DNA of 64,000 nt, from contig CM052825.1 of the NCBI GenBank assembly GCA_028534125.1, forward strand, positions 558,001 to 622,000, read 5' to 3'. The DNA is from Lama glama. Lineage: Eukaryota. Made by a program: the position numbers and the translations under genes. The notes below the pieces were generated by a model, which did not search any database, had not been told where the DNA came from, and was given only the letters and a program-made list of their open reading frames with translations. The number at the start of each line of letters is the position of its first letter. Position 1 is the first letter of the stretch. Positions 12,240-23,640 of the stretch are shown here, in pieces.

Positions 12240-12880
12240 GGCCACTAACATGCGGCGACCGGGAGGTTTTCCGGTTCTGCCCGAGAACGCGCGACGAGCC
12301 GCCTGGGGCCCCGCCTGACCACCTGCGGCTTCGCACCGGCGAAGCGGCTCAGGACGGAACAGCGGCTGCTGCGCTGCGACCGCCGCCGGGCAGACGGCGA
12401 CCCCGGAAGCGGGGCTCCGCGTCGCCTCCCTGGTCCCGGGGGACCCGGCCGGTCCGGCTCCCACCCTCGGGCCGCGGCGGGCGGCCCGGGGCCGGCCCAG
12501 GGCAGTGCGGGTCCGGCCGGGGAGCCCCGACCGCCCGCGCTCACCGAAGTGATCCAGCGGGAAGCTGCCCTTGTCCGGGGGCCGCGGCTGGAAGCTCTTG
12601 GACCCGAAGTTCATGGCCGTCGACATGATGGCAGCGCCCGGAGGCTCCCAGCGCGCCGCGCGCCGTACGCAGGGCGGCCTGCCGAGCGCCGAGCAGGCCC
12701 CGCGGGGGCGCCGAGCACATCGAGCGCCGGGCGGCTTCTGGCGGCCTAGGCCCCGCCCCGCCCCTCGCCGTACAGGCCCGCCCCCCAGGGCCCCGCCCCT
12801 GGGCGCCGACAGGCCCTGACCTTTCTCCTTCGCTTTCTCCGCGGGGCCTTCCCAGTCTGGTCCCCCTGACACTCACGACA
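12240..12880 (-). promoter_or_regulatory. COX19 CpG-island promoter
   Basis: Dense CpG around exon 1; GC boxes (CCCCGCCCC) at ~12751-12765 and ~12791-12799 upstream of the ATG. Confidence 0.8.
12545..12626 (-). CDS. COX19: COX19 coding exon 1 (cytochrome c oxidase assembly factor)
   Basis: ATG at 12626 encodes [27 protein letters not shown](G), the COX19 N-terminus; donor G|GTGAGC at 12545/12544. Confidence 0.96.
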
Positions 12881-12902
12881 ACCCAGCGGCAGAGGGCCAG
12901 GT

Positions 12903-12975
12903 CATCTCCTTATGATGAGGAAAAGGAAGTTCAGCGAGGTTCAGCAGCTTGCCCAAGGACACACAGCGGACTCGC
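12903..12975. mobile_element. MIR SINE fragment
   Basis: GATGAGGAAAAGGAAGTTCAGCGAGGTTCAGCAGCTTGCCCAAGGACACACAGC resembles the MIR core. Confidence 0.6.
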
Positions 12976-13087
12976 ACTGTGCTGGAAGGCTGCGCCTGAG
13001 GGTCTCTGCATCCCTGCAAGTCTGCAGGGACCCCTCCTCCCGGGCGCCGGCGCCTAATCCTGGCGCTTACCTGGTGAGAAGGAAGGA

Positions 13088-13483
13088 GTGCTAGCTTCCG
13101 TAACAAAGTGCACACTCTGGGTGGCTTAGAACAGCAGAAATTGATTCTGTCACCATTCTGGGAGCTGCATGTCTGCGACTGGGGTGTCTGCCCCAGGCCT
13201 CTCCCTCCACACTGGTGGTGGGCCGGCAACCCTTGGTCTTCCTTGATTTGCAGAGACTTCACCCCATCTCTGCCTCATCACAGGGCGTTCTCCCTGTGTG
13301 TCTCTGTCCAGATTTGCTCCTTTTGTTAGCACGCGGTCATCCTGGGTGAGGGCCCACCCCAGTGACCTCATCTAAACTACTTACAGCTGCCACGATCCTG
13401 GTCCCCAAAAGGTCACATTCTAAGATACTGGGAACTAGGGCTTCAACGTAAGGATTTGGGAAGGACACCATTCAACCACAACA
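13088..13483 (-). mobile_element. MaLR solo LTR (MLT1B/C-like)
   Basis: GTAACAAAG...CTGGGTGGCTTAGAACAGCAGAAATTGATTCTGTCAC...GACCTCATCTAAACT...AAGGTCACATTCTAAGATACTGGG...GGACACCATTCAACCACAACA. Confidence 0.8.
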
Positions 13484-13916
13484 GAGTAGAAATGCATCCT
13501 GCTCAGGTCCCTATGCCATTTCTTACTGTTGCTGTGGTAACAATGACGACAGTGGAAGGGCTCAGTGGAGGCCCCTACTCTCCCCAGCAGAGGTCCTCCC
13601 CGCCCTGCACCTGGGCCGCCACCCTGACTCCAGGCCTCTGGCTTCGTCTCCTGTCTGTGACTCCACCCTGAGCTCCAACCTCCATCCCCGCACCCACCCC
13701 ACCCGTTTAACAAGTGCTGGCCCCAGCCGTGTGCCAGGCCCCAGACGTCCGCACAGAGGGCCCTCAGCATCGCAGAGCCGCCAGCTGGCCCCCCTAGACA
13801 GGCTTCCTCTCCCCCAGGCCCTGCCGTGAGCCAGCACCGCTGCTCCTTGTAGTCTTGGGGGCTTGCAGGGAAGTGCCCGGCTGGATGTGCCAGTGCCCCC
13901 CTCCCCGAGCCTGCCC

Positions 13917-13979
13917 CTCCTCCAGGCCTGGCCCAGATGCTCACTCCTCCAGGCCTGGCCCAGATGCTCACTCCTCCAG
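13917..13979. repeat. Tandem duplication, 2.3 x 27 bp
   Basis: CTCCTCCAGGCCTGGCCCAGATGCTCA occurs twice exactly, followed by CTCCTCCAG. Confidence 0.92.
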
Positions 13980-14604
13980 AAGGCATCCAGCTTCCCCCAA
14001 CTCGAAGGGTCCCTCCACGGTGCGCACAAGCAGGTCTCTGTGCCTGGCGCTGGATTCTGCTGGGTGGGAATGCTGGTGGGCCGTCGGTGGGGGCCCACAG
14101 GGAGAAGCGGGTGAGCCCCAGGAAAGCCCATTCCAGTTGTCTGGGCCTGGGTCAGCCTGGGGCCACTTAAAACTACAAAAGGAAGACTGTACCTGTTTTT
14201 GTCGTATCAACAGCGTTTACACCGCTGGAGCCCGGGGCCATGCACTGGGTTGTTCATTCATGTGTTTCCAGGCCTTGAACAATAGAGGCTTTTATTACCC
14301 AGCAAATAGCACTTTTCCACTTGACTAGATCACACCGCTTAGCAGTAAAAGGGACACCCCTCCCCGCCAGGACTGCCCAGGACTGCGCGCAGCCTCTCCA
14401 TCTGTCGGCCCTGAGGGACCAGTGAAGCCTCAGGGGCCCAGTGACCTGGAGGTTACAGCCAGCTTTTAACTGTCCCATCTGAACCTGGCAAATGGTTACT
14501 GCTTTATCCAAGATGTTTAGCGCTGCACAGGTACGAAAAGCAGGGGAGGAATCTGTGTTTTGGGAACCCCTCTTACGTGCTAGGCCATTTCACGTGGTAT
14601 CCTG

Positions 14605-14747
14605 GGGCCTAGAACAGTGGCCCGGCACATAGTAGATGCTCAGTTAATATTTTTTGAAGAATGAACGCAGTCAGGCAGGTATTACTACTATGCTCATCCC
14701 ACACATAGACACAGAGGTCAAGTCCCTCGCCCAGGGATCTGCAGCCA
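14605..14747. mobile_element. L2 3' end plus MIR fragment
   Basis: CCTAGAACAGTGGCCCGGCACATAGTAGATGCTCAGTTAATATTTTTTGAAGAATGAA (L2 tail), then a MIR-like CACAGAGGTCAAGTCCCTCGCCCAGGG. Confidence 0.65.
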
Positions 14748-15230
14748 GTGTACGAGTTATCTACTGCTGTGTAACAAGCAGCCCAAACTCACTGGTGTGA
14801 AACAACTATCATCTGCTTTGCTCATGAACTTGCAGTGTGGGCAGGCCTCGGTGGAGACAGCCCCATGTGGGGTCAGCTGGGGTCCCCACACCAGTGTGTG
14901 CTAGGACCCCTGAAGACAGAGCACATGTGGCTGGGAGCTTGGCCCACATCCTGCAGGTGGTGGCGCTGCTCCCCACAGCCCTCTCCCGGCAGCCTGGGCT
15001 TCCCTGAGCCCAGCAACTGTGTCCTACACAAGGGTTCCATGAGAAGCTGGTGGAAGCCCTGTCACTTTAGTGATCCAGCTTCTGAAGTCACACGGCTTTG
15101 CCTCCACCGTGGTCACCAGCCCGCACCCGGATTCAAGGGCAGGGTTCCCTGCTCTCAATGGGTGGTGGGCCAGTCACACGAAGACCTTGCGGGCTGGGCA
15201 CTGTTGTCACAGCTGCCATGGGAAGGTGCC
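14748..15230 (-). mobile_element. MaLR LTR (MLT1H/I-like), decayed
   Basis: AGTTATCTACTGCTGTGTAACAAGCAGCCCAAACTCACTGGTGTGAAACAAC...GCTCATGAACTTGCAGTGTGGGCAGG...GAAGTCACACGGC...GGATTCAAGGG. Confidence 0.65.
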
Positions 15231-15639
15231 CTCTGCCCTCGCTGACCAGTGGGTGGAGGGGCTGAGCCGGGAGCCAGGTCTGTGTAACTCCAGCCCCCTC
15301 TGGGGAGCACCCCCGCCCCTGGTGTCAAGGCCAGATGTGGTCTGAGCCCCAGACAGAGCATGGCAACCCCAGCCCGCTGGGCCTGGCCGACCAGTCTGAC
15401 CAGAACAAATCTCAGGCTCCCACCTGGGCACCAGGGTACGGTGGGTGGGCCAGCTCACTGGACCGCAGCCCAGAGGACGCCAGCCCGGGCAGCAGGTGTT
15501 GTCCTGCCACCAGGGACAGAGAGCCCCCCTCCCCTGCCCCCAGGAGTGAAGCCAGCAGACCCAAGGGTGAGGAGAAACCATCCGGATCCTAATGCCATCA
15601 CCCGGTCCCTGGATCAGCCTCTGTCTGAACCCAGATACT

Positions 15640-16010
15640 GCTGATCTTTCCACTTCAATAAACTCTGCTGCCAAAGTGTAATTTTCAAAAGGCTCCCAGA
15701 CAAGTAGACACTGAACATGTGTCAGAGCTTTATCTAACCTGGTGACAAGGGAACTTGGCTAGATGGTGAGGCTGGTTCAAAGAGGAATTGCTCAAAGCCT
15801 GACCCATCCATGTGCCGCCGGAGGAGACAGACTGCTGAGTTGGACAGAAGACTGGTTAATATCTTACAGAACAATAAAGCCATAGCCTTTCGGGTTATCT
15901 TCTCTGCCAGACAGAACTCTCTCGCATTTTATGGGGGAACTGCTCGCGGCTTTCCCATTTTATGCAGGTTGGTGTCTAGCTGTGTGGCACCTGGGCCCGC
16001 TGGGCAGTAA
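15640..16010. promoter_or_regulatory. Candidate intestinal enhancer (CDX/GATA/HNF1 motif cluster) ~2.7-3 kb upstream of CYP2W1
   Basis: CAATAAA at 15656 and 15872; TTTTATG at 15927 and 15958; TTATCT at 15730 and 15895; GGTTAAT at 15854. All lie in an apparently non-repeat, AT-richer patch. Confidence 0.45.
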
Positions 16011-16184
16011 ATGGCGAGCGAGACCCAGCGGCCCTCCTGGGGTGCGATGCCACTCAGGCAGGCCAGTGAGACAATGACCCAGTGAAGGGACACACTGTCA
16101 CCCATCGGCCTCATTTCTGCCAATTCTGTGTTTTTCTGAACACAGCTTGCATGGCTCTCCTGGGCCGGGGATGCTTCAAACACG

Positions 16185-16430
16185 ATAAACATACACTCCT
16201 GCAACTCTGGAGGCCAGAAGTCTGAAGTCAGGTGTCATAGGGCCACCTCCCTCTGGCAGCTCCAGGGGAGGGTCCTTCTTGCCTCTTCGAGTGTCTGGGG
16301 GCCCCGGTGTCCCTTGTCTTGGCCACATCCCTCCTGTCTCTGCCTCTGTCATCGCGAGGCCGCCTTCCCCGAGGCTCTGCGTCTATCTCCTCTTTTCAGG
16401 AAGACACCAGTCACAGCGTTAGGACCAGGA
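16185..16430 (-). mobile_element. MaLR LTR fragment (MLT1B/C-like)
   Basis: CTCTGGAGGCCAGAAGTCTGAAGTCAGGTGTCATAGGGCCAC...TCCTTCTTGCCTCTTC...GAAGACACCAGTCA. Confidence 0.75.
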
Positions 16431-18700
16431 TGAGACACAGGGGAAGGGCCACACAGGTGGCTGGAGAGGCCTCCCTGGACCCAGTGGAGCTGTGGGCACA
16501 GAAGAGGGGGGCAGAATGGAGCCTGGAAGATCCCCAGCATTTGGCATTGGGTGCTGGAGGGCAGGTGGAGGGGCAGTGGGGGGGGCACCTGTACCTCAGA
16601 GCCCGGAGCTGGGGGCTCCTCCTGACGTTCTGCGGACACGGGGGCGGGAAGAGTGTTGCTGTGGGTGGGCCTGGGGTTCGGGGGTGCAGGCACTTCGCCG
16701 GATGGGAACATCGCCAGATCTGACCAGAAGCGACTCCTCGCTCAGGGGTCCCATTTCCAGGAAGTAATCTTAGGGCGTCCCCGGCGACTGCACAGAGACG
16801 TGCCCGTGGGTGTTGGAGGAGGAAGCCAGGGATGGGAGGACGGACAGGCAGGCCCAGCCCAAGACAAGGCCGAGAGGAGAAGGAGCCTCCCGTCCCATCC
16901 CTGCCACCTGGCTGTCGAGAAATTCGAGCAGGGGAGGGGCCGGGGGCAGGCGGAGGCTCTGGGCCGATGCTGCTGGCTGTCCGGACGGGGGAGGCGAGGG
17001 CTCCGTGGGTGTGTCCGTGTCTGAGCTCAGCGAATCGCGCGTTAACACGTGGTGTTTTCCGTTCATGAACAAACTGGAGCAAAAAGGCACAGGCGCAGCT
17101 GGGCAGAAGGAAGCGCCAGCAGGTGGCACGTCGGGGGCTCGCCGGACTCCCCAGGGGAGCTGGGACGGCACCTGCCACCTACTCCAGCCCAGAGACCCTT
17201 CTGGAAACTCGCATACTCACTCTTGCCGCTTAAAAACATAGGTTCGGTTTATCCCCGCGCCCCCAGGCTGGCTCTGGGGGTCAGAGGTCGGAAGTGGCTC
17301 CTCAGGGCGGGTTCCCCCGGAGGCCCCGGGAGGCCCCCTTCCTCCGCCCCCTCCTCCCTTGGAGGCCGCTGGCTCCTCCAGGACAATCTCATTTCCTGCC
17401 CCAAACCGCCTTTGCCGGATCCGACACGTTCATGTTCTGGAGACCGTCATCCTGTCCGCCGTGTGACTCCGTGGACGTGACGCGGGGGACGGGGATCGGG
17501 CGCAGGGGGCAGGAAGCAGGGTCGGGGCTATTCTCCACCCTGACCGTGTGACCAGTACCACAGGCACTAGGTGGACGCACGCTGACTTAGTTCTGTGAGC
17601 CATCCTGGGCGGACAGGAGCCCCAGCTCACGACCCAGTCAGGGCCTCGGTACCAGCCGCTCAGCACGAATGACCCAGGGAACCAGGGCTTAGAGAGCCGG
17701 CCTCCCTCACTGCAGCCGTGCCACTGCACCGCTGGACAGGCTGCCTGTGAGGCAGTGAGCGCCCCGTCACAGAAGATACGCACACCGAGGCTGGGATGGG
17801 TAAGGAAGGGCCCTCAGGCTGCCCTGGCTCTGGGGTCTGAGCAGGGGCGTGGACGGCGCCCCGGGAGACAGGCCCCGTGGTGAGGGGCCCATGCGGGGAT
17901 GGGCTTCCCGCCGCCTCATGTTGGGGCAGGCGGTGGGAAGCAGGCCCAGCCACTTCTGGTGCCAACAGCCCTCCCAGCCCTCAAAGCAGCACCTCCTCCC
18001 CTCCCAGCCAGGCCACCAGGGTTTAGGAGACCAGAGTGCGGCACAGCCAGACGGGGCCTGTAAACCTGGCCACCTGTTGCCCGGCAGGCCCTGCCCCAGC
18101 CCCGGCCCTGTCCCAGCACAGCCAGTGCCTCTGCCCGGGTGACACTGTTTGCAGAGCCACCAAGAGGCAGAGTGTCATTTGGGTGACCTTGCCGTCGGGG
18201 CCTCTGAAGGCCAGGATTTGAGGCATCTGCTGGGCAGACCTCGTGGGCCGTCCCTGGGCTCCACGCCTGGTGTCCCCCACTGGCCCAGGCAGAGTGGAGC
18301 TGGGTGGACGCAGGCGGTGGTGGGTTTGGGAGAGGCTGAGGGGTCCTGTGGGGCAGGGAGGCCCCAGGCCCTTGAGTCCCGGCTCTGATGGAGGAACCGA
18401 GCAGGCTGACAGCCGCGGGGGGCAGGCCGGCCACTGCGCCGCCTTCTTCCCAGGGAGGCGAGGAGAAAGGATGCAGCCCCCCAGACAGCCCCCCGGCCCC
18501 CGGGCCCCCCGCCACAGACTCGACCCCACATTCCACACACACGCCTGTCACTTTAAGCCGCCTGGCTGTCCCCAGGAACTGCTCATTCCACATTCTCGGG
18601 GTGGTGGGGTGGGTGGGGTGCTGGCACGCCCTCCAAGGAGGCCTTACAGGAGCGGGGCGGTCCCTGGCAGGGGAGCTGGGCCTCGCCACCCGCCGGCCTC

Positions 18701-18874
18701 ATGGCCCTGCTGCTCCTGGGGCTCCTGGGGCTCCTGGTGCTCTGGGGGCTGCTGCGCTCCTGCACCTGCAGCCCCTCCCCAGCCCCTCGCTGGCCCCCGG
18801 GGCCGCGCCCGCTACCCCTTATTGGGAACCTGCATCTGCTGCGTTTGTCACAGCAGGACCAGTCCCTGATGGAG
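18701..18874 (+). CDS. CYP2W1: CYP2W1 exon 1 (signal anchor, proline-rich hinge)
   Basis: MALLLLGLLGLLVLWGLL...WPPGPRPLPLIGNLHLLRLSQQDQSLME; 174 nt; donor GAG|GTAGGT. Confidence 0.96.
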
Positions 18875-19923
18875 GTAGGTCAGCAGGCGCGTCCTAACCT
18901 GGCTCCACGCCTGGGCCCAGGCTGGGCTCCCTGCCAGCCCTGAAGGGGAAACCGTCTCGGGGGAAGCTGAGCCCCCATTTTCCAGGACCCCTCTGAGTGA
19001 GAGGCTCGTGTTCAGCCTGGTACTGGCCTGGCAGGAGACACAGGAGGCCCAAATGCCCACCCTGCCTTGGGGAAGGGACACTCTGCCTCATATGGAAACA
19101 GACAGACCATCCAAGGAGCAGGGTGCCAGGTGTGGCAAGCCAGTAGGGCTCCCTGGAGGAGGCAGCATTGGATGAGTGCCAACAGGAGGGCCAGGTTTGG
19201 GGGCAGTGGAGGGAAGGAGGCAGGGGCTCCTGGTGGCAGCACCAGGCAGCAGAGGTCTGGCAACAGAAAAGACCAGGGCCAGCGCACAGATGTGCCCGTT
19301 GGGCAGGTGGGACCCCAGCTGGGTGTGGCTCCTTCCCACATCAAGCTGGGGGCCCGGGAGTAAAGCAGAGGTGCAGGCCTGGCCCCCGCCCATGGGGGCC
19401 ATTCAGCCAGCCCCCACCCAGGTCCCCCCACCATGAGCCCTTCAGGACCCAGCCACGTGGCTGCCTGGTGGCCCCCAGGCCCCGCAGGCGGGCGGGGAGG
19501 AGGGCCCCACAGCCCCCTGCCCCATGAAGTACCGTCAGCTGGGGCAGCGCCCATCCGGCTGCAGCCACAGGGTTCTCAGGCCCAGTGCTGGGCCCTGGAG
19601 ACCGCCGTCCGGCACAGTGGGGGCAGAGCAGAGGTGGGCAGGGACAGCCGCGTGTCCACAGCAACTCACTTCCTGCCTCCAGGCCTCAGTCTCCTCACCC
19701 ATATAGTGGGGAGAGGTCAGCCCTTCCCGCCTCAGGCAGTGGTGCCGTAAGGACCAAAGGGGAAGGGCACACAGAGCCCCGTCCTTCCCACAGACCCAGC
19801 CGGGCCGCCCCCACCCGCCGGCCCCAGGTCTACCCCGTGTCTTCCCCACGCGAGAGGGGGCGGCCTGAGGGGCTCCCGGGGCCGGGGGCGGGCAGCTGGC
19901 TGATCCCTCTGCCGTCCCGCCAG

Positions 19924-20086
19924 CTCGCAGACCAGTATGGGCCAGTGTTCACTGTCCATCTGGGGAGCCAGAAGATGGTGGTGCTGACCGGCTATGAGGC
20001 AGTGAGGGAGGCCCTGGTGGGCACCGGGCAGAAGCTGGCCGGCCGCCCCCCCATTGCCATCTTCCAGCTCATCCAGGGAGGCGGAG
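19924..20086 (+). CDS. CYP2W1: CYP2W1 exon 2
   Basis: CAG|CTCGCA acceptor; LADQYGPVFTVHLGSQKMVVLTGYEAVREALV...RPPIAIFQLIQGGG; 163 nt; donor GTAGGT. Confidence 0.96.
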
Positions 20087-20352
20087 GTAGGTGTGCGGCG
20101 GAGGGCAGGCAGAGGTCAGCACTGCTCTGGGGGCCCTGTGTGCCCCGGAGGGGTGGGTGCCGAGAAGGGCCCCTCCCTCCCAGCAGCATGGCCCCTGGGG
20201 AGTGCCAGGGTGTCCACATGGCAGGCCGGGCACCCAGGGGACTCGGGCCAGGCAAGGCCACTCCTGGGGCCCCAGCCCTGCCCGACCCCGGGCGTCCCCC
20301 TCGCTCCCGACTGCAGCTCCGGGGGCTGCTCACTGGCCGTGTCCGCCTGCAG

Positions 20353-20502
20353 GCGTCTTCTTCTCGTCTGGGGTGCGCTGGAGGGCCGCCCGCCAGCTCA
20401 CCGTGCGCACCCTCCACGGCCTGGGCGTGGGGAGGGCAACCGTGGCCAACAAGGTCCTGCAGGAGCTGAGGTGCCTCACGGGGCAGCTGGACAGCTACAG
20501 AG
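20353..20502 (+). CDS. CYP2W1: CYP2W1 exon 3
   Basis: (G)VFFSSGVRWRAARQLTVRTLHGLGVG...LDSYR with the WxxxR motif; 150 nt; donor GTGAGT. Confidence 0.96.
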
Positions 20503-20570
20503 GTGAGTGGGGGCTGGGGCACCCCGTCCCCGGGAGCCCTTCCCCGCTGAGGCCTCTCTCCCACCCCCAG

Positions 20571-20728
20571 GCCAGCCCTTCCCGCTGGCCCTGCTCGGCT
20601 GGGCTCCCTCCAACATCACCTTCACGCTCCTCTTCGGCCAGCGGTTCGACTATCGTGACCCTGTGTTCGTGTCCCTGCTGGGCCTCACCGATGAGGTCAT
20701 GGTCCTCCTGGGGGCACCCAGCCTGCAG
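20571..20728 (+). CDS. CYP2W1: CYP2W1 exon 4
   Basis: (G)QPFPLALLGWAPSNITFTLLFGQRFDYRDPVF...PSLQ; 158 nt; donor GTGAGA; cumulative CDS 645 nt (phase 0). Confidence 0.96.
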
Positions 20729-21925
20729 GTGAGAGGCCACTGCCCCGGGCCGGGAGTGGCGAGCACAGAAGGCGGGCCTGGGACTGGGGCGGGAGGGGGT
20801 CCCAGCTTGGCCCCCACCAGGGAGGGTGAGCTGCTGCCTCAGGGAAGCTCCTCTGGGGTCGGAGCTGAGGGGTGAGGGGCGCCCTGCTCCTGACGTCAGC
20901 CAGCCGCACCCCCAGGCCAGTCCCTGTGCTCCTGAGGAGGGCGGGGTCGGGGGCCCCCATCCCCCCCGCCCCTTCCCTTCAGCAATAGATACGCCTGCTC
21001 GCAGGTCGGGGGAATGGGGGCTCGATGCCCGTATCACAGGGGTGTCTCCTGATGCTCGGAACCCCCAGGGCCGTGCGCATTTCATTCCTTTCCAGAACTT
21101 AAAATGTTTCTCTCGTAGCCACACCGCCACTTTTCACTAGACTCGCTGAAGCACGTTTAGTGGGCTGTGTATGAACTTCTCAGCCCGTCTCTTCACCCCC
21201 TGAGGCCATGGGCTTCGAGTGGGGGCTCAGGCTTCAGCCCTGATGCGAATTCACCCCTCAGGGCTAGAGGAGCCTCAGCCCGGCAGGAAGATTTGCAAAA
21301 GCCGGCCTGGCTAAGTGCCCCCAGGGAGCCCCGGGGGACAGAGGCCAGAGGGTCAGGCGGTTCCAGGGGGACGGAATATTCCGTGGCCTTCCTTCCCGGG
21401 CGATCCGATCCCGGCATGCTTCATGTTCTGGGACACACAGTGGTGTCAGTGCAGCTGGGGTGGCCGCCGACGTCTGTGAAGAGCCGCCTGCGGGCCGGAT
21501 GCACGGCCCCGGGACAAGCTTGTCACACCGGCAGTGCTGTCACCCCACTTCACAGCGGGCTGGGCTGACGCTCTGAAGTTTGCAAATTCTTCTTTTTTTT
21601 TCTCTTACGACTCTCAGAAGATTCAAAGTTATCTTCACAGCAGCAACCCTGTCCCCTTCTGTCTGACCAGCTTTGGTGGGTGGGGAGTGGGGCCTGATGA
21701 CAGTCGCCTGCTGGGACTCGCATGGAACCTACACTCTGATGGAGGATTTTGTCAGAGTCCTTGGGGAGCTGGTCTCACCAGGAGGGTGAGGGAGGGGCCC
21801 CAGGAGTGGGGAGCTGGGGGTCCCGGACAAGAGAACACACCTGCTGGAGGACAGAGCCCTCTAGCCAGGTGGCGCTGTGGGGCCTGCGTCCTCACCCTCG
21901 CCACACTGTCCCACCCCGCCCCCAG

Positions 21926-22099
21926 TTCTTCAACGTCTTCCCCTGGCTTGGAGCCCTCCTCCAGCTGCACCGCCCAGTCCTGCGTAAGATCGAGGAAGTT
22001 CGGGCCATCCTGAGGACCCTTCTGGAGGCACGGCGGCCCCACATGACTGCGCAGAGCCCCGTGCAGAGCTACCTGGACGCCCTGATCCAGCAGGGACAG
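21926..22099 (+). CDS. CYP2W1: CYP2W1 exon 5
   Basis: FFNVFPWLGALLQLHRPVLRKIEEVRAIL...SYLDALIQQGQ; 174 nt; donor GTGTGG. Confidence 0.95.
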
Positions 22100-22425
22100 G
22101 TGTGGGCAGGACCTGCCTCACCTCCCAAGAGGCCTTGGGGGCATCTTGGGGCCCCACCCAGGAGGAGAGGGAGGAACTTATGCTGGTCCTGCACTTACCC
22201 TGCTGCTCTACCTCCTGGCTGGGAGCCTCCCAGAGCCTCGGTCTGCTCCTCTGTGAGATGGTGCATTTGTAGTGCCTGCCTTGTAGGGGAAGCTGCAGTG
22301 ACCCCTGAATGTAGTAGGTGCTCAGCAGATTCTGGCTCTGTCCTCCCCTTTCTTGAGCCCGAGCCTGGGTCAGGGGTCCATGGAGCCCAGCCTCCAGCTG
22401 AGCCAGGTCCTGCTCACCTCTGCAG

Positions 22426-22564
22426 GGGAACGATCCTGAGGGCCTGTTTGCCGAGGCCAACGTGGTGGCCTGCGCCCTGGACATGGTCATGGCTGGCACG
22501 GAGACCACTTCCTCCACGCTGCAGTGGGCCGCCCTGCTGATGGCCAAGCACCCACAGGTGCAGG
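22426..22564 (+). CDS. CYP2W1: CYP2W1 exon 6 (I helix)
   Basis: GNDPEGLFAEANVVACALDMVMAGTETTSSTLQWAALLMAKHPQVQ; AGTETT oxygen-binding motif; 139 nt. Confidence 0.96.
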
Positions 22565-22652
22565 GTGAGCTGGGAGAGCCCGTCCTCCCCGGGGCCCAGG
22601 GCCAAGCTGGCGGAGGCTCCCAGGACGTTGGCGTCCACCCTCTCGCCCACAG

Positions 22653-22837
22653 GCCGGGTGCAGGAAGAGCTGGACTGTGTGCTGGGGCCTGGGCGGCCCC
22701 CCAGGCCGGAGGACCAGCAGGCCCTGCCCTACACCAACGCTGTGCTGCACGAGGTCCAGCGGTACATCACCCTCCTGCCCCACGTGCCCCGGTGCACCAC
22801 GGCTGACACCCGACTGGGCAGCTACCTGCTCCCCAAG
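22653..22837 (+). CDS. CYP2W1: CYP2W1 exon 7 (K helix ExxR)
   Basis: (G)RVQEELDCVLG...LPYTNAVLHEVQRYITLLPHVPR...YLLPK; 185 nt. Confidence 0.96.
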
Positions 22838-23191
22838 GTGGGAGGGCCGGGCCCACACAGTCCCTGGCCCCCTCCTGGCCCTTCGTCCACTTGTTCCTCT
22901 GCTTGGGGTGGGTGGGGGCAGGTGTCCCCATGGGAGGTGGGAAAGGGGTGCAGCGGGGGGCAGCCCTTGGCCTCACAGCCCCCTTGAACCTGGGGCTTCC
23001 TCAAGGCAGATTTGGGTGCACACGGTGTGGCCTGGGGGTCACCTGGGAGATGGGGCTGCGCCCCCAGAAGACCCCTGCCAGGCCCCACCCCATCTCCCCG
23101 TCGTCTTTGGGGACGCTTTCTCCTGTACACCCCGTCGGGCTGGCCTGGGTGGACGGGGCGTCTAGCCAGCCCACCTGCCGCCTGCCCACAG

Positions 23192-23333
23192 GGCACGCCT
23201 GTGGTGCCCCTGCTGAGCTCCGTGCTCCTGGACAAGACGCAGTGGGACACCCCGCGCCAGTTCAACCCGGGCCACTTCCTGGACGCTGACGGGAGCTTCG
23301 TGAAGCGGGCGGCCTTCCTGCCTTTCTCCGCAG
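23192..23333 (+). CDS. CYP2W1: CYP2W1 exon 8
   Basis: GTPVVPLLSSVLLDKTQWDTPRQFNPGHFLDADGSFVKRAAFLPFSA; 142 nt; donor GTACCA. Confidence 0.96.
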
Positions 23334-23443
23334 GTACCACAGCCCTGCGGGCAGGCGGCCCAGGCTCCCCCCGCCACAGCCCCGGGATGCCCTCCCCTCC
23401 AGGAGATAGGAGCCCCCACCCTGCGCCTCCGTGTCCCTTGCAG

Positions 23444-23640
23444 GCCGCCGCGTCTGTGTGGGGGAGAGCCTGGCCAGGTCGGAGCTCTTCCTGCTGTTCG
23501 TGGGCCTCCTCCAGAGGTACCACCTCCTGCCCCCGCCCGGCCTCAGCCCCGCCACCCTGGACACCACGCCCGCCCCAGCCTTCACCATGCGGCCGCCAGC
23601 CCAGGCCCTGTGCGCGGTGTCCAGGCTGCAGGGGCGCTGA
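23444..23640 (+). CDS. CYP2W1: CYP2W1 exon 9 (heme-binding Cys), stop
   Basis: (G)RRVCVGESLARSELFLLF... completes FSAGRRVCVG; TGA at 23638-23640. Total CDS is 1482 nt = 493 aa, in frame. Confidence 0.96.
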
